The notes under the pieces were generated by a model. That model was not told the origin of the DNA, did not search any database, and was given only the letters and a program-made list of their open reading frames with translations. A stretch of 63,620 bases of DNA, counting the filler, from Choristocarpus tenellus KU-1152 (taxonomy: Eukaryota; Protista; Phaeophyceae), in the NCBI GenBank assembly GCA_964200185.2. It is 12 parts of 12 records of this genome, joined end to end, with 100 filler letters (N's around TTAATTAATTAA, not from the genome) between each part and the next. Parts side by side here need not be neighbours in the genome. Positions count along the whole stretch, not along the records: positions 44,394 to 47,568 come from CAXNAD020021769.1; positions 47,669 to 56,271 come from CAXNAD020004539.1; positions 56,372 to 59,914 come from CAXNAD020019361.1; positions 60,015 to 63,620 come from CAXNAD020018993.1; 8 more parts are not named here. One strand, given 5' to 3'. This document shows, piece after piece, positions 47,343 to 60,718 of this stretch. The position numbers and the translations under genes are program-made. Within the stretch, counting starts at the first letter, position 1. Every line of letters begins with the position of its first letter.

Positions 47343-50300
47343 CTACCTGTAGTAGCACACCAGCCTTTTGTTGTTGTTGTGTTATTGGATATGAAATCAC
47401 ACCATACCATCCACCTTGCCACACCTAATATCAATGTCCCATTTCTTCTCTCCCATGTTGAACCCTTCCACCGACATACAACAGATGCTAGCATCCCTAG
47501 CCTTTGCAAGGAATTACCCTGGACTTCAATTCATCAACAGTGTTCATTGGACGAGGACCAACATTTTTNNNNNNNNNNNNNNNNNNNNNNNNNNNNNNNN
47601 NNNNNNNNNNNNTTAATTAATTAANNNNNNNNNNNNNNNNNNNNNNNNNNNNNNNNNNNNNNNNNNNNCCTCTACAGACACCAAGCAATCTCGTCGGGTT
47701 TATCACCTTTATCCTCTTTGATGATTTTGGGGATACTCTAACATCAACCTGATATCAAGTTATCCTTGTTCAAGGGCATCGCGACAAAATAGTACTTGGA
47801 AGTAGTACGTGTCTGATAACTTCACTGTGAGCGCGGGTACCAACACTAAAGGAGGGATATCACGAAGAGAGGGAGTTGATGATGAACAGAGAACTTCCTT
47901 CTAGAGTCAAACTGATCACCCTCCAGAAGTGCTAACTTCACTATAGCCTGTCGTTCAGAAGAGTGACATTGTGTGCACCTGTCGCAGTCCTTCTGACTTT
48001 TGCACTGGGTGCCAGAGCCAACTGTTTGAGAAGTGCTGACTCCAGCACGTAGTTGGTCCTACCAAGCGTGACTAAGTCTGCCGCACACATTAATCTATCC
48101 AAGGGAGTTCAGCCGAAGATAAGAGGGGACGAGGATGAGAACACTCTGCTGGGTTAAGCTTTAATAGATCCTTAACGACGCCATTCTGTCGCTTCTGTTG
48201 TCACCGAAACCTTGTCCCCTCACTGAACAAATCAATCATTCAAATCATATAACCTTTAATGCTTCAAACATGTTAATTGTGTTGAATACGACAGATCTTC
48301 ACTTCAAGCAGCTTGTTCCTTTTCCAATCAATTGATTTCAAATTCGTAATGTACATGTCGAAGCCTTTCTCTCTGAACTTCACGGTTACCACTATGTAGA
48401 GACTTGAGACTGCACAAGCAAATCATTCACTTTGTTCAGTGCACATGGATGACCCCTGTGCTCACCTCGCAATTTCACTAGCAGGTAACACAGGGCACCC
48501 TACCCCCTATTCTAGGGGTATATCTTGTTTGGGTTTTCGAGCTAAATTCCACAAAATGTTGCCATGTGCCCAGTAGCTTGTGCACCTACTTTGAACTTGC
48601 GCTTGTTCATCTCTCCTAGCTTCTGAGACTTGACCCAGTCCCTACACCCCACAGGTTGAAGCCTTTACTTTTCCCGACATTGAAATTTGCTTCTTCAGTG
48701 GCGCAGGATGTGAATCTATAAACACATCTGCTTGTGCGAGCTCGGTGGGGTTGGTAGATATTTCTGTGAGCGATACATTTGATCATGGTGCTGACTTCGA
48801 TCTACCTGGCTTGACACCTCTGGTGAGAACTCTGCTTCAAGAGTAGGCTCTATGTGATAGAAGCTTTGATGGTTGCTGATTGCTCATATTGACATGTGCG
48901 TTACCTGCTCATATGTATTGGCCATATTATATGGTCATAATATTGTGCAGTACTTGGCTTGGTACACGACTTATTGTAGGGCTATGTTGTCATGATGAGG
49001 ATGAATCGTTCTCGTCCACTGAGCAAAAAAGGCGTGAGGCGGGTATATATACATTTGCATGTTCCAGGAAGAGATAGGTGGGGAAAGTCAAAGTTACAGG
49101 AATTGGTTTGTGATATGTGTGGCTAAAATGGGGCATGGTTTACAGATTTGATTAATGTCTACCATTCCACCGTGATTTGCAAAACAAATTATATGTGGAG
49201 CTATATTCAAGGTGCAAATAATGTATCCATCATCTTCAAGTTTTTGGTTTTTTTCATCACATGAGGAATCACTCGTTGGTCCCATGATGACATTATTTTT
49301 CTTGCTGCTGTTCTTTCCCGCCATGCCACCTGTGTACCCTGCTTTCTTCCTTGACACTTCCCTGTTTTCAACAAGGTTTGTGACACCCCACAGCTCTCAC
49401 ACTCAGGTTCTTGCATGTACTATTCCTGTTTCCACATGTGGTATGCTTGCATGATGGGTCTTCGACTGTGACTTGGTGGGGTGGTGCCTGCCCAGTACAC
49501 TTCTATGAGTTTTATCAAATATTCGATGTTTGGGACAGTGAATTTGCTTGTGTTTTTACGTACATGCCCTTCAGGTGAATTTGAGGTGTTCCGTATTGAT
49601 AGTTCAAGTACTCCTGTCCAACAGAATGGTGTCTCATTTCATAGGTGGAAATTATCTAGATATCCGATCCCCACTACGACAGCTCTTTGTTCACCGAAAT
49701 TCTGGATTATTGCTGCATCTCATTACAGGGTGGGGAGGACTTTCCATCAGTATGCAGGAGTATTGAACTATCATCACTGACTCCCAGCACAACGAATCTT
49801 GATTCAAAAAATGTTTCGAAGTCACTGGAAGTTTCACTCCAGGTGTGCACACTGCTATGATAACAACTGCACTTTCAAATACCAGTATAGTACGATTGAG
49901 TGGATTTATGAGTCAAGTGAAGCAAGTGGAATCAATAGCAGCCCTTATCACATGAAATGTTCTACTTTCTCCTGTCAGTGAGTGTGCACTCTTGATAGTG
50001 CTTCGTGCCCTTCAACTGTATGTGGTGAATGATTTATTTACAATAGGCAAGCTACACACTTTTTAACCTCATGCACATTTGATAGTTTTAACCGCTTGCG
50101 CTGCTTGCTGCATGGGAAAAAAACGTTGTGGTTATGTTGGCTTTGGCAAGTATAGTACAATTTAAAAGATTGTATATTTTTATGTTATTGGAGTATTGAG
50201 ATAGTGTCCAAACATACTCTCACCTACATTACTTGTTATGTACTGATTAAGTTGACTGCCCCATGTGTTTAGTTGCCTGATACTCCCAAGGACAGAGTGT

Positions 50301-53300
50301 ATGAACATGTAAACCTTTTTTGTCTATTATGCTACGAAGCAGTTTCTTTTCTGAGGACGCTCCAGATTACATCTCTTTTCAGGTACAACCCAAAAGCGCA
50401 CTTATTGGGGGTGCTGCTCCTGCCACAGGGAAGATTTTTTTCCTCCTCAGTGAACCAATTATTGTGTGATAACTATAGTTCAATACAGACAGGCACACGA
50501 TCATGTGCTGGAGTGGACTCTACTTGACCTCTTTCTTCTTGTCTTGGTCATTGCCAGGTGTATTGGTTCCTCAACAGTCACACTGGTGACATACCGAACT
50601 ATGAGTGAGTAAATACCCTTGAGAATGATGGGCAGGTCGTAATACCTAGGGATTGCCATGAAAACAGGCTCATCTGAATTTTACTTAGAGAAGTCATAGT
50701 AGTTTGTTTTTGTCTGTATACGATAAAATCTTGACATGGGCCTGCTCTTCATAGAGGATTGTTACCCAACTCCTGCCTTTGCAACACTGCTGACAGGAAT
50801 GCAGTAAATGTGTACATGACAGACCGTTCTGAAGATGCGGAGCTTCGCAAGGTCAAACCTTCGATTGAGGCTCTGCCATACACCCGTCTTGAAGCCAATA
50901 CCTCGATAAATACCTTCCAGTTCAATCAAGTGGTAAGTGTGCCAGCGCAGGCGTTTATTGGTTTGTTGTGTAGGGCCTCTACTACTCAACTAGTGAAAGA
51001 AAATAATTCTGTGACTATGCAGATGGTTCATTAGAGCAATGGTGGGCAGTCTGTATTATTCAAGAGGTAAAGCTTCCATTATTACCCAATTTTCAATATC
51101 ACCAGTCACATAAGGTAGAATCATTTTTGGAGTTAAAGAAATTATTGTGCCTCCTCCCTTGTCCCCGGAGTCCGTAATGGCACTATAGCGAATGCAAATG
51201 AAATCTGGAATGATCATGTCAAGTGGAAGGCAGTGGGTACTGCCTGACCATTTGGGTGTCTGGGCGCATTGAGTCCATACGTGATAGCACATAGTGATTT
51301 GCTTAGTAATTATTTATGCTATACTCTGGAGTTCGAATTATCAAATTTTTCCAGTTGATTTGAGGATAGTTTTGAAGAACGCTTACCTGGGAAAGTGGAA
51401 AGATGATCTTGTGATGCTATTTCCTCTATCACATTTTGTATTTCGATGTTTTCTGGTAACACTCTCAGGTAATTGAAATTGCTCTAGAGAGATTGGGGAG
51501 CTTTGTAATTGTGATGTTCCCAGTTGTGCCTTGTTTGTCGCCATACCCTTGTTGTCTCTTGTTTCGGACCTTCTCACGTACAATACAGTACTGCTGTAAA
51601 CTACTCCTTGTCTCCTTGAAACTCCCCCAAATTGGGATAGTCGAAACAGCAGAATTTAGCATTGAACCACCTCAAGAATGCTCGATGATGCTTAAACTAT
51701 GCCGAACAACAACAACAAAAAATAATGACATGTTGCATCTACCTGACTACCCAACTCGATTGGTTCTTTGGCCCATTTAGTTTGTGACTCACTGCACTAC
51801 GTATCTTTCATTATCTTGGTTGTGTAGGTCGGATTAGTTTTAGCCGATCAGGTTGAGCTGATTTGGATTAGTACTTGTTTTGTTTTGTATTACTTACTTG
51901 CCTGCCCACCTGCCATGCGCATCGAAAGATTAAATGGGTACTTTTTTTGGTCTTCTTGTATTTTGATTTAATGTTGTGTCGCCTTGAGCCATTGTATATA
52001 TTCTTACCTGCCAAGGAAGCCCTGTACCATCAACTCACTGCAAAACACATGTATGTGTACAGGGCCTGAAAATGTTTGACTACGTCATATTGTGGTAGAG
52101 GTCTATCCAGGGGTGCATGATGCCCTTTCATCATGAGCACACCAAATAGTGCTCATAGAGGTCTTCTGTACCTTGGCGGGGTGGGAAGACAGTAACGAGA
52201 ACACAGACAGCTGCTCCCACCAATAGTTGAAAAGGAGACATGATTATTGTAAACATATATCTTGTAGATGACTAACCTCCAGGATGTTCTCATTGTAGCA
52301 AGCATGCCAGACATCCTTTCAGGGGTTGATATCACGACAGCAATATAAGGTACTTTATAGTGCACCAAATCTGACATACATATTCTGTGTATATACTTAT
52401 CTCCGTCACAAAGTTCCACCAACTAGGAAATATACAGCAATACCTATCCGACATGCATCTGACTTCCCTCTCCACTGCTATATCTTCTAGGACCTGGTGA
52501 TGACAGAGTACAAACAGCTGCAAGGGGAAACGTCAAGGGTGCATTCTGCTGGCAGCATTATCACAAGCGAATACCATGTAAAAATAATCCTCGGTTGGTG
52601 CTAGCATGGAACCATCTTATAATTTTGTTGAACGCCATTCAGTGGCCAGTTCGTGTCATTGATTCAAACCCACAACATGTTACCGGCCTTCACTTCCTTG
52701 CTTGTAAACGAAAGAGAACAAATGTGCTTAGAAGTATGTACCCCCTAGCAGGACACTGAATATGTGGATTTGATGTGCTAAAGCACTTTCTGTACCAATG
52801 TTTTCGGATTGCGTTGATTGCACACTTCCACGAACTGCAGCACTTCCATGATCGCCTTGTATACTGTTAGAGACTGCATGGGTTGTTGCCTTTCTTCGGT
52901 GTAGATACATTTTTGTGAAAATATACACATACGAGTAGTATACATTACATGATCAAAGTGCAATATGGTCATCATGATGACTAGATGTGCTTCTGGTGTT
53001 ATACATAGATTGAAATGTAACCCCCACTCCTTCCACTCCAGAGTTAAGGTTGCCAAATCCCTGACAATAATCAAGTCCAGGTTCATCTCTTGAAGGGTTC
53101 ATCACATCGTTTCTGTCGCCACTGTTGTCCTTCATCTTAAGTCATCGCGGGGTTTCTCATCAGGGAACGAGACTCTGGCATCGCTGCAAGTCAGCTTCCG
53201 TGAGAATAAACTCTCATACGTGACAATCGACGAAGTGAATCCCCTGAGCATGGTGTCCATCATTGGTTCCCTTGGGTTTTTTTGGCGTGAGTGTCAGCAT

Positions 53301-54928
53301 CCTTCAAGTAATTAATGTAGAGCATCAACCTGTGTTGGCCACACAGCTGTAGTGCATTGATGTACTGGAGTGTAAGTGTAAGTGGATGTTACCATATCCT
53401 CCAAGTAGTTGCTCAACAAGTTTGCAGTCACATGTGATCTGTCAAACTCAAACACAGTTCTTGCACAAAAACATATTTTCAATAGAGTTGCCACCACCTC
53501 AACAACAGACCCAAGATGCAGGATCGTATGTTGTTGTACACCTTCACAAATATAGGAAGATCATTTATTATCACTATCTGTGCCAGCATTGTAACATGCC
53601 TACCCTACCATGTACACCGTATGGACAGAATATATTCTGATTGTGTGGGGATTCTTCTTTATTTCGAAGGAACCTGAGAATGATATGTTGATTGCCCGAC
53701 GGCTTGGCAAACTTGAGGAATATTTGGGGTGGTTGAAGGAGGAAAAAAACCAAGGAGATGCGACAAATTCACTTGAAGGGGCTAGAAGCTTATCTGAAAA
53801 CACTCCCAGGAACGACAAAGAGTTGGTAAGAGCCACCTTGTTATTATCGATATCTAAATAAACATCTTACAGTAATTGCTCTGAAGCCATGTTATGATAG
53901 TTATTTGAAGATTAGTGTGGCTCTCCAGAGTATGACCTCATTGACCTACTTCATACATTTTCGTTTTCGACCTGACAATAACAAATTTTGCCATACATAC
54001 AATTGCACCCCTGAGTATTTCGATGCAAAATAAAACACAGTAAAAACCTACTACTTGCTGTATAAGCATGTAATTCGGTAAGTTGTACGGTAGCACTACT
54101 GTACTATCCAATACCTCTCGACCTGGTCACTCTTTCCCAGGTTGCGGTTTACAAGGTGTACGGGTAGGTCATATATCTTCCATATTGTGCGAGGTTTGCG
54201 AAATTTGGGAACTTCGTGTTTGTCCCTTGCATGAAACAACACAGAACACCATCTGGTACCGGGTACACTGCGAGCTATCCATCTCTTTCGGTTTCCCCAA
54301 TGACCAAAGGAGCACATGCAAATTGTTGTCCACATTTTTTACCCTGGAAAGACTCCCACTTCCTATCCATTGTGACATACATCTTGTTTCAACCTCTCTT
54401 TGTTGTCCTACACTGTCTGATTGCAGGAGGACCATCCTCTGCTCCAGCAGGGCAAAATACCTCTGTCATTACGTAATGTTCACCCCAGCTACATGGGCAA
54501 AGGATGAGGTAAGCATTGCAATGTTAAGCATCTGCATTTCTTTCGTTCTGTTAGTACATCTACCACTCGGTCACATCATCTGGTGCTACTTTAGTGCCTT
54601 CCAGATCAGACGTAATGATCCTGCACAAGTTGCCTCGTTGGGTAGTGTGTTGTGCGTGTTCCTTACTTCGATACTTGATCCAAACCACGCTAAACAAGGA
54701 ACAATTTCTTTTTTCTCCAGTATCTATTGGCGATTGTAGTCTATTGCTGATTCGACGGGAAGTAGTAAACTTTGAAGCACACCTGGCTATCTTCGAGTGT
54801 CGCGGTTACAGTTTCCCATACTATCGTCCCATTAGTCATCTATTCATCACGGAGAACCATTCCCATGCCCGGTACCAGACGCACCAACCCTTTCCACCTT
54901 CCTGCAATCTTTTTCTCAGGTTACGTAT

Positions 54929-55185
54929 GAGACAAAGTATCTTAGAGGGTAGTTCCGCGTCCATTTCGGGCCCAAAATCCAATGTTGCGATTTGATATGT
55001 TTTGGGCTATCGTGTTTGTTAGGAAGTGTCAATACCCTTGTTCCGGACACACCTTTCCATAGCATATACATTTTACCTAGTCGAAATATTTTGGAGTAGG
55101 AATATGTCATAAAAAAAACCATGGAAGCCAAGCCCCAAAATGGACAAACAGGGCAAAACTCGTACCCTCTAAGATACTTTCACTC
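54929..55185 (-). mobile_element. MITE family C copy with 4-bp TSD (GTAT), GAG...CTC termini
   Basis: GTAT|GAGACAAAGTATCTTAGAGGGTA...TACCCTCTAAGATACTTTCACTC|GTAT. Confidence 0.92.
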
Positions 55186-55477
55186 GTATCTAGTCACAAC
55201 CAGAAACAAGAAACCTATCAAGCAAATATTTCTTCCTGCCTATGGTCATTGGCAAATGAGGCAACTTGAGCTTATCGCTTTCCTCCTCCTTGGAAGTGCA
55301 ATCATCCAACAGAGATTAGCCAGATACCTAGTATTTGACTTTTTCTCTTAATTTGTAAGTAGTGGTTGTAAGTTAGACTATTTATTTTATAGAGATTCCA
55401 TAAATGACTGTGGGGTTCCTATGCAACTCTCACCTTCGTTTGTGAGATTGTGATCTGTCTTGCATACTGTATGCAAG

Positions 55478-55651
55478 GGGTAAAAGTATATGGGGGGGGT
55501 GTCGGCGTTCGTTTTTCACCCTTTTTTCGATTTTCACTCTTTTTAGTGTGATTTGGTCCCTTGTGTCGGATTTGAAATGTCAGCAAAAAAAAGATTTGTT
55601 TGACCGAAACAGACGCCCCTTCAACCCCCCCCCCCCATGATACGTTGACCC
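55478..55651 (+). mobile_element. MITE family B copy with 4-bp TSD (CAAG)
   Basis: CAAG|GGGTAAAAGTATATGGGGG...CCCCCATGATACGTTGACCC|CAAG. Confidence 0.85.
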
Positions 55652-56408
55652 CAAGAGTCATTTCAGGCACGAGAAAAGGTAATTGATGTTACTTGATTCA
55701 TACTTGTATAACCATTTCTTTGCTGTATGATTTCAATGCAAGAAGTACTCGACCAATTTGTAGGGGAAACGATTCAAAACGGAACATTTGAGAAGATCGT
55801 GACAAAGAAATAGAGACGTGGGTAAAGAAGTAGGCTTAGAAGAGTAGTAGCAAACAATACCTGGACAACAACGTTAGACAAAGAGTGAGTCGAACGTTGG
55901 CCTATGGACTTCCCTTAGAATGACTGTCTTCTCTGCATCATAGCTATCTTTCACGAGAGTAGTACACTCTACAGTACATAGGACAAGAAAATTTTACAGT
56001 ATTCAATTTGATCTGTCTTGTAAAAACAGTTTCGACGTTGTAACCCCCTTTTAGCCATCGCATTTATTGAAGAGTAATAATGTTTCCATACCCAAATATC
56101 CTCGGACAAAACATGGTAATACAACTAAAGTGTGTTTATGTGCTTACACGAACTGTTCCTCTTTGGGATTACCAGAGTATACATTTTTTGTGTATTTATT
56201 GTGAATCGTGTGATTCTGTGGTGGCGTGGTTCACTCAGGCAAGGGTGGCGAAGAGAATCACCGGGCAAGACNNNNNNNNNNNNNNNNNNNNNNNNNNNNN
56301 NNNNNNNNNNNNNNNTTAATTAATTAANNNNNNNNNNNNNNNNNNNNNNNNNNNNNNNNNNNNNNNNNNNNTGTGTACACCCCCCCCCCCCCCCAGATAC
56401 TTTGGGTC

Positions 56409-56590
56409 CGTACGGCTTGTGAGAAGGACTCGCCATGAGGCCCTTGCTGCCTTGCTAGGAGGGTGGGTAGGGTAGCCACCAGTGATCCTACAAAATCTGC
56501 ATGCTGGCGGTGTTTCATGGAGGAGAGGCCTAGACCCCTCGCACTTGTAGGCATCTGTGCCTGTACTTGTCGGTGGGTCTCTAGGTGGAG
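56409..56590 (-). mobile_element. CRE-like LINE fragment (post-RT region)
   Basis: QAQMPTSARGLGLSSMKHRQHADFVGSLVATLP matches the Q..LP...GGLGL.S....AA...S motif of CRE/RLE elements. Cut by a family A MITE end. Confidence 0.75.
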
Positions 56591-59500
56591 AGACCTATTT
56601 TTATATCCAGTATACTTGTAAGTATTCAATTATATTTTTGCTCTCTTTTCCTTTTGCCTTTCTTCTGACAAATTGTCCCAAAGTTCAAATAAATGTGTGT
56701 AAGAATCAGTGCGTCGTGTATCGAACTAATATGATATGTGACCTATACAAGACAATCAGTGGTATGATATAATCAGTCTTACAACATAATGACTGAGTTA
56801 TATGAGATAATCATTCATACGATATAATCGCACATAACATATATGAGAAAAATCAGTCGTATGTAAAAATTAGTCAATTAAATCAATTAAATATGGTACC
56901 CACAAAAAAAATATATAGTCATGAGTTTAGAAGCTTATATAAAATATAAACACTACTTTATATCCCAATCTAGAAAATGTGAACCTTGCGTGATTAAAAA
57001 ACGTCCACTCTACTTCATATTGTTTCTTCACTACTTCATATATATAGCCTTGCAGCCATTCCGACCTTTTGTCAGAGCCAGAAAAGTAAACTGTACTACT
57101 TCTCATATTAAACTATTGGCTACCTGTAAGTTGTAACCACTATTCCACTATTATCAACAGTTGTTCCAACTCGGTTTGTGCCTTGATTCTACCATGTTAT
57201 GGGTTTAGTCATCCGACTACTTCTGGCTTTGCCTCTTTCCTCAAATCTGTTGTGCTAAATAAACCTGTCTAGATGTGCTCGGCAATGAAACCTTGCAAAC
57301 ATGTTCTTGGACGGACGTTTTTGAGGTATAGGGACAAGTATCATAGAGTAGAGGTGCGTACAAACTGTAGTGCTTGCCATGTGGGGTTTGGGATTATCGA
57401 AACTATATTCCCCTGAAAAGAAGTCTGGAGATCATAGGGTACAAATCCGTGAAATCCATGCGGGGGAACAAACCTCCACTCCCAACTGAGTCGTCAGGAA
57501 ACTCTTGCACAACGTGTTGGTCGAACCCATGTTCACAAAGGTAATACACCAACAAAGCAGAAACAAGTAACATTAACAAGTAAGTGCACAAATGTATAAA
57601 GAAGAAATACAAAAAATAGCTCAGCGCGAGAAAGGCCCCGTGGTCAAGTCCCTCAAACACACATATCAAGCCTGCTTCAAGGACAGTAATTAAATTAGGA
57701 ACATTCGTTTGAAGGGTCCCAGCGTGTTGTGACAAGGTTGTTGAAGGGGAAGCAGTAACTCAGTACCATGACAAAATACGAAATGCTCCGTACTGTAGAA
57801 ACATATACGAGAAAATAGCGAGCAGGAAGAGAAACAACTCAATTTATCGAGAAGAGCAGCAAAGAGATCCTACACACTAGGAAATAGTCACTGGCACCCG
57901 ATACCAGGGGCAGGATGTCATTAAGTTTGTCAACAGCGCCAGGTTATATAGAAAAAGAAGAACATAAAATCCAATGCTAATCCATTCCATCCAATCTGAA
58001 CATTACCCATCACATATCATACCAAAAAGGAAAAGGGGGGCACGAGACAAACAACATAACGAAAACATACCAATGAGAAATCAACATTGAGTAGATATGT
58101 ATATACTCTGTATATCCCGTGTCCCCTGGTCTACTTGTGAGTCCTTAGTTGCTGCTTTAGCATGATGTGTGTCAGCTACCACAGTTTGTCTTCCATGGCA
58201 CATGTTCGAGAGCTCTTTGCTCCACCAAAAAACACATGTATACGAATTACTTGTGTTGTTGTGTGAGTCAACGTAAACATTTTAAGGATCCTGACAAATA
58301 TATGTGCCAAATTCGACATTTATTACAGATGTATCCACTAGTAGTAGGACCTTTTCTGAGTTGTGTTGGAAGAGTTCCAAGCAACAGTGAAACGAACACT
58401 ATCAAGTCGAAGGTAGAACTTAATATGGGTGAATTGCAAAAGACTGAAAAACTGGCATAAAATTCCAAACGACCAAACCTTGGTATCTCTCGTTTACTTT
58501 GACTTCGTTTTCTCGGCCTTCCATTCCATCCCTCCACTGCTTGTGATCCCCAAATTCCTTACGTCATTTTGCAGGTACATCTACCTCACTATACATAACT
58601 GGCTGGGTGTAGAAAATACAAGTTTATTCCCACGTACATTTGAGTGTTTGGGACAATTTGGAGGGTTATGTAACACTTTTTGATCGCCTGTTCCGACTCA
58701 ACTTGAACTGACCAAACTAGACAATACTATGTACTCTAAATACACAGGACCACATCACAGATTTTAACGGACTGGACTGTGAGAAGATCCTGGTAAAATG
58801 TGTTACAAGAGGACTGGCTCATGGGAATCGAACATTTCAACCGGTATGAACTGCAAGGCTGCTCTGGTGAAATGTGTTTGATAAGACCTGGTCTAGAACC
58901 ATAAGATATTTAATGTAACCTGTGGGATGCGGTCTCAATCTGGTTGGCCTGTTCGATTAAGGGTCAGTGTGGTGAAACACCCTGAAATATATAGAATGAC
59001 AAAGGGTGTAATTTTTTTACATGTGACAAAACCAGACATAAAGAAATGGGGGGATAAATTAGTCCAGAATCGAAAGAAATACACTAAAGAAAACGAAAAA
59101 ATATATGGAGCACAAAACTTACAAGTAGATATTTGGCAGATATCACTAGAGATAATTTGGTGTTTGGAACTGTCTCCAGACACCCCACCCTTCTTTCCTA
59201 TCTGCAGTCACAACCATGGTCAAAAATTGTTGTAGGGGGGAGATAGTTGGTCCTGGAGGGCATTGAATCCTAGACGGAGGTCTATTTTCCCCCTTTTGAG
59301 TATAAAGAAGAGCTTATAAATGTTCTGCATCCCCATTAATATGCACTATGAACCTATCCCCAATCAGGAGACTGCGGCTTTAGATATGAGATGAGACCAA
59401 CGTTCATACCCACAAGCACATAATCGCCTTCATTGCGGTTGGAGCACATGTACCAAAAGGCTTAAAAATACTGATTATACTCAACGAGACCTTCTTTTAG

Positions 59501-60295
59501 GATAGTATGGGTCTTCAGTATAATGATATGGCACTGACACAATACGCGTTAGTGTAGAATTATCTGATAACCACTTTGAAGGTTGGAATTACGCACTGAC
59601 CCCACAGATACTGATGCAACTCACCTATATCATCTTCTTCCGGACAGGTAGGAACAGACTTTCCTTGACACGGCCCACCCCTGCTACCCAAACACAGATC
59701 CTATCTATCTCTTCCTTCTGGTGGTTCAAAAGTATCGTGACTGTTAGGAGGTAGAGATTCTCTTTCGTTCCCCAAAGCATAGACCCACTCTTTGTATTTC
59801 CTCGTGGTGTGGTGGCACTTTCCAGTCGCTAACTTAGATGGACGATTTATTCTCTTCCTGTTTCTGGCCTGACACAAATCTCCTTCCCCCCTTTATTCTT
59901 ACTCGGGCACACCCNNNNNNNNNNNNNNNNNNNNNNNNNNNNNNNNNNNNNNNNNNNNTTAATTAATTAANNNNNNNNNNNNNNNNNNNNNNNNNNNNNN
60001 NNNNNNNNNNNNNNGCACAGCAGCGCGGAGGCGGGCGGGGGGGGGCGGGGGGAGGGGGGTAGGGCACACACAACAATGATACAACAAAGAATAAAAGAGA
60101 AAACAGATCTAAAAGGTGATGTCTAGACATCACACAGTATTATGTATGTTGGTCATCATCACAGTGCAACACAAAAAGGCCTGGGCGCATGGGGGGCGGG
60201 CGGGGAGGAGAGTATCCTAGTGGCCTGAGTGGGATGCTGTAAGGCTGTGCATTATTTGGGGGAGGGGGAGGGTGGGAGGTCTGGGTTGTCCTTGC

Positions 60296-60399
60296 CTTGC
60301 TGAGGTCTTCGCTGAGGCGCACCCACTTGATGTTCTTCTTCTTCTTACCAAACTTAGCATGAGAAACCTTCTGCATTAGACTTCCCTCCTTCAGTGCCT

Positions 60400-60454
<55 letters not shown>

Positions 60455-60718
60455 ATATTGATTCTACGGCAATGGAAATGTTCCTCTAACCAATTTGATC
60501 ACACCTCTTAACGACTGTATGTTTTTTTTCAGTCATGAAAAAAATAAAATATACCTGCGCCGATAGCACAAACCTCACCATAAAAAGAAAAAAATATTGT
60601 CCTGACTAAGTGATAACTATAAACGAAGTATCACCTCCATTGCTACAGAGTGCCCCAGAGCTGGTGATCCAAACTGACCTGAAACAAGTCTTCACTCTGA
60701 AATTCAATTACGAAATGC
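60296..60718 (-). CDS. Two exons (60718-60679, 60397-60296) encoding the start of a PH-like domain
   Basis: ttttgcag|HFVIEFQSEDLFQ|gtcagt ... ctacag|ALKEGSLMQKVSHAKFGKKKKNIKWVRLSEDLSK|gcaagg. L..G..M.K....K.....LS.D resembles PLC/ELMO-type PH domain N-termini, and phases match. Confidence 0.65.
60407..60453. repeat. (GT)n microsatellite
   Basis: Direct reading. Confidence 0.95.

Noticed and set aside
53140-53170. CTGATGA...GAAA as a hammerhead ribozyme
   Set aside because: No room for stem II and no flanking helices; other CTGANGA hits also lacked the fold.
54083-54739. 218-aa ORF
   Set aside because: Non-ATG start, Cys/Ser/Leu-rich composition, no motif or splice support; probably a chance or antisense frame.
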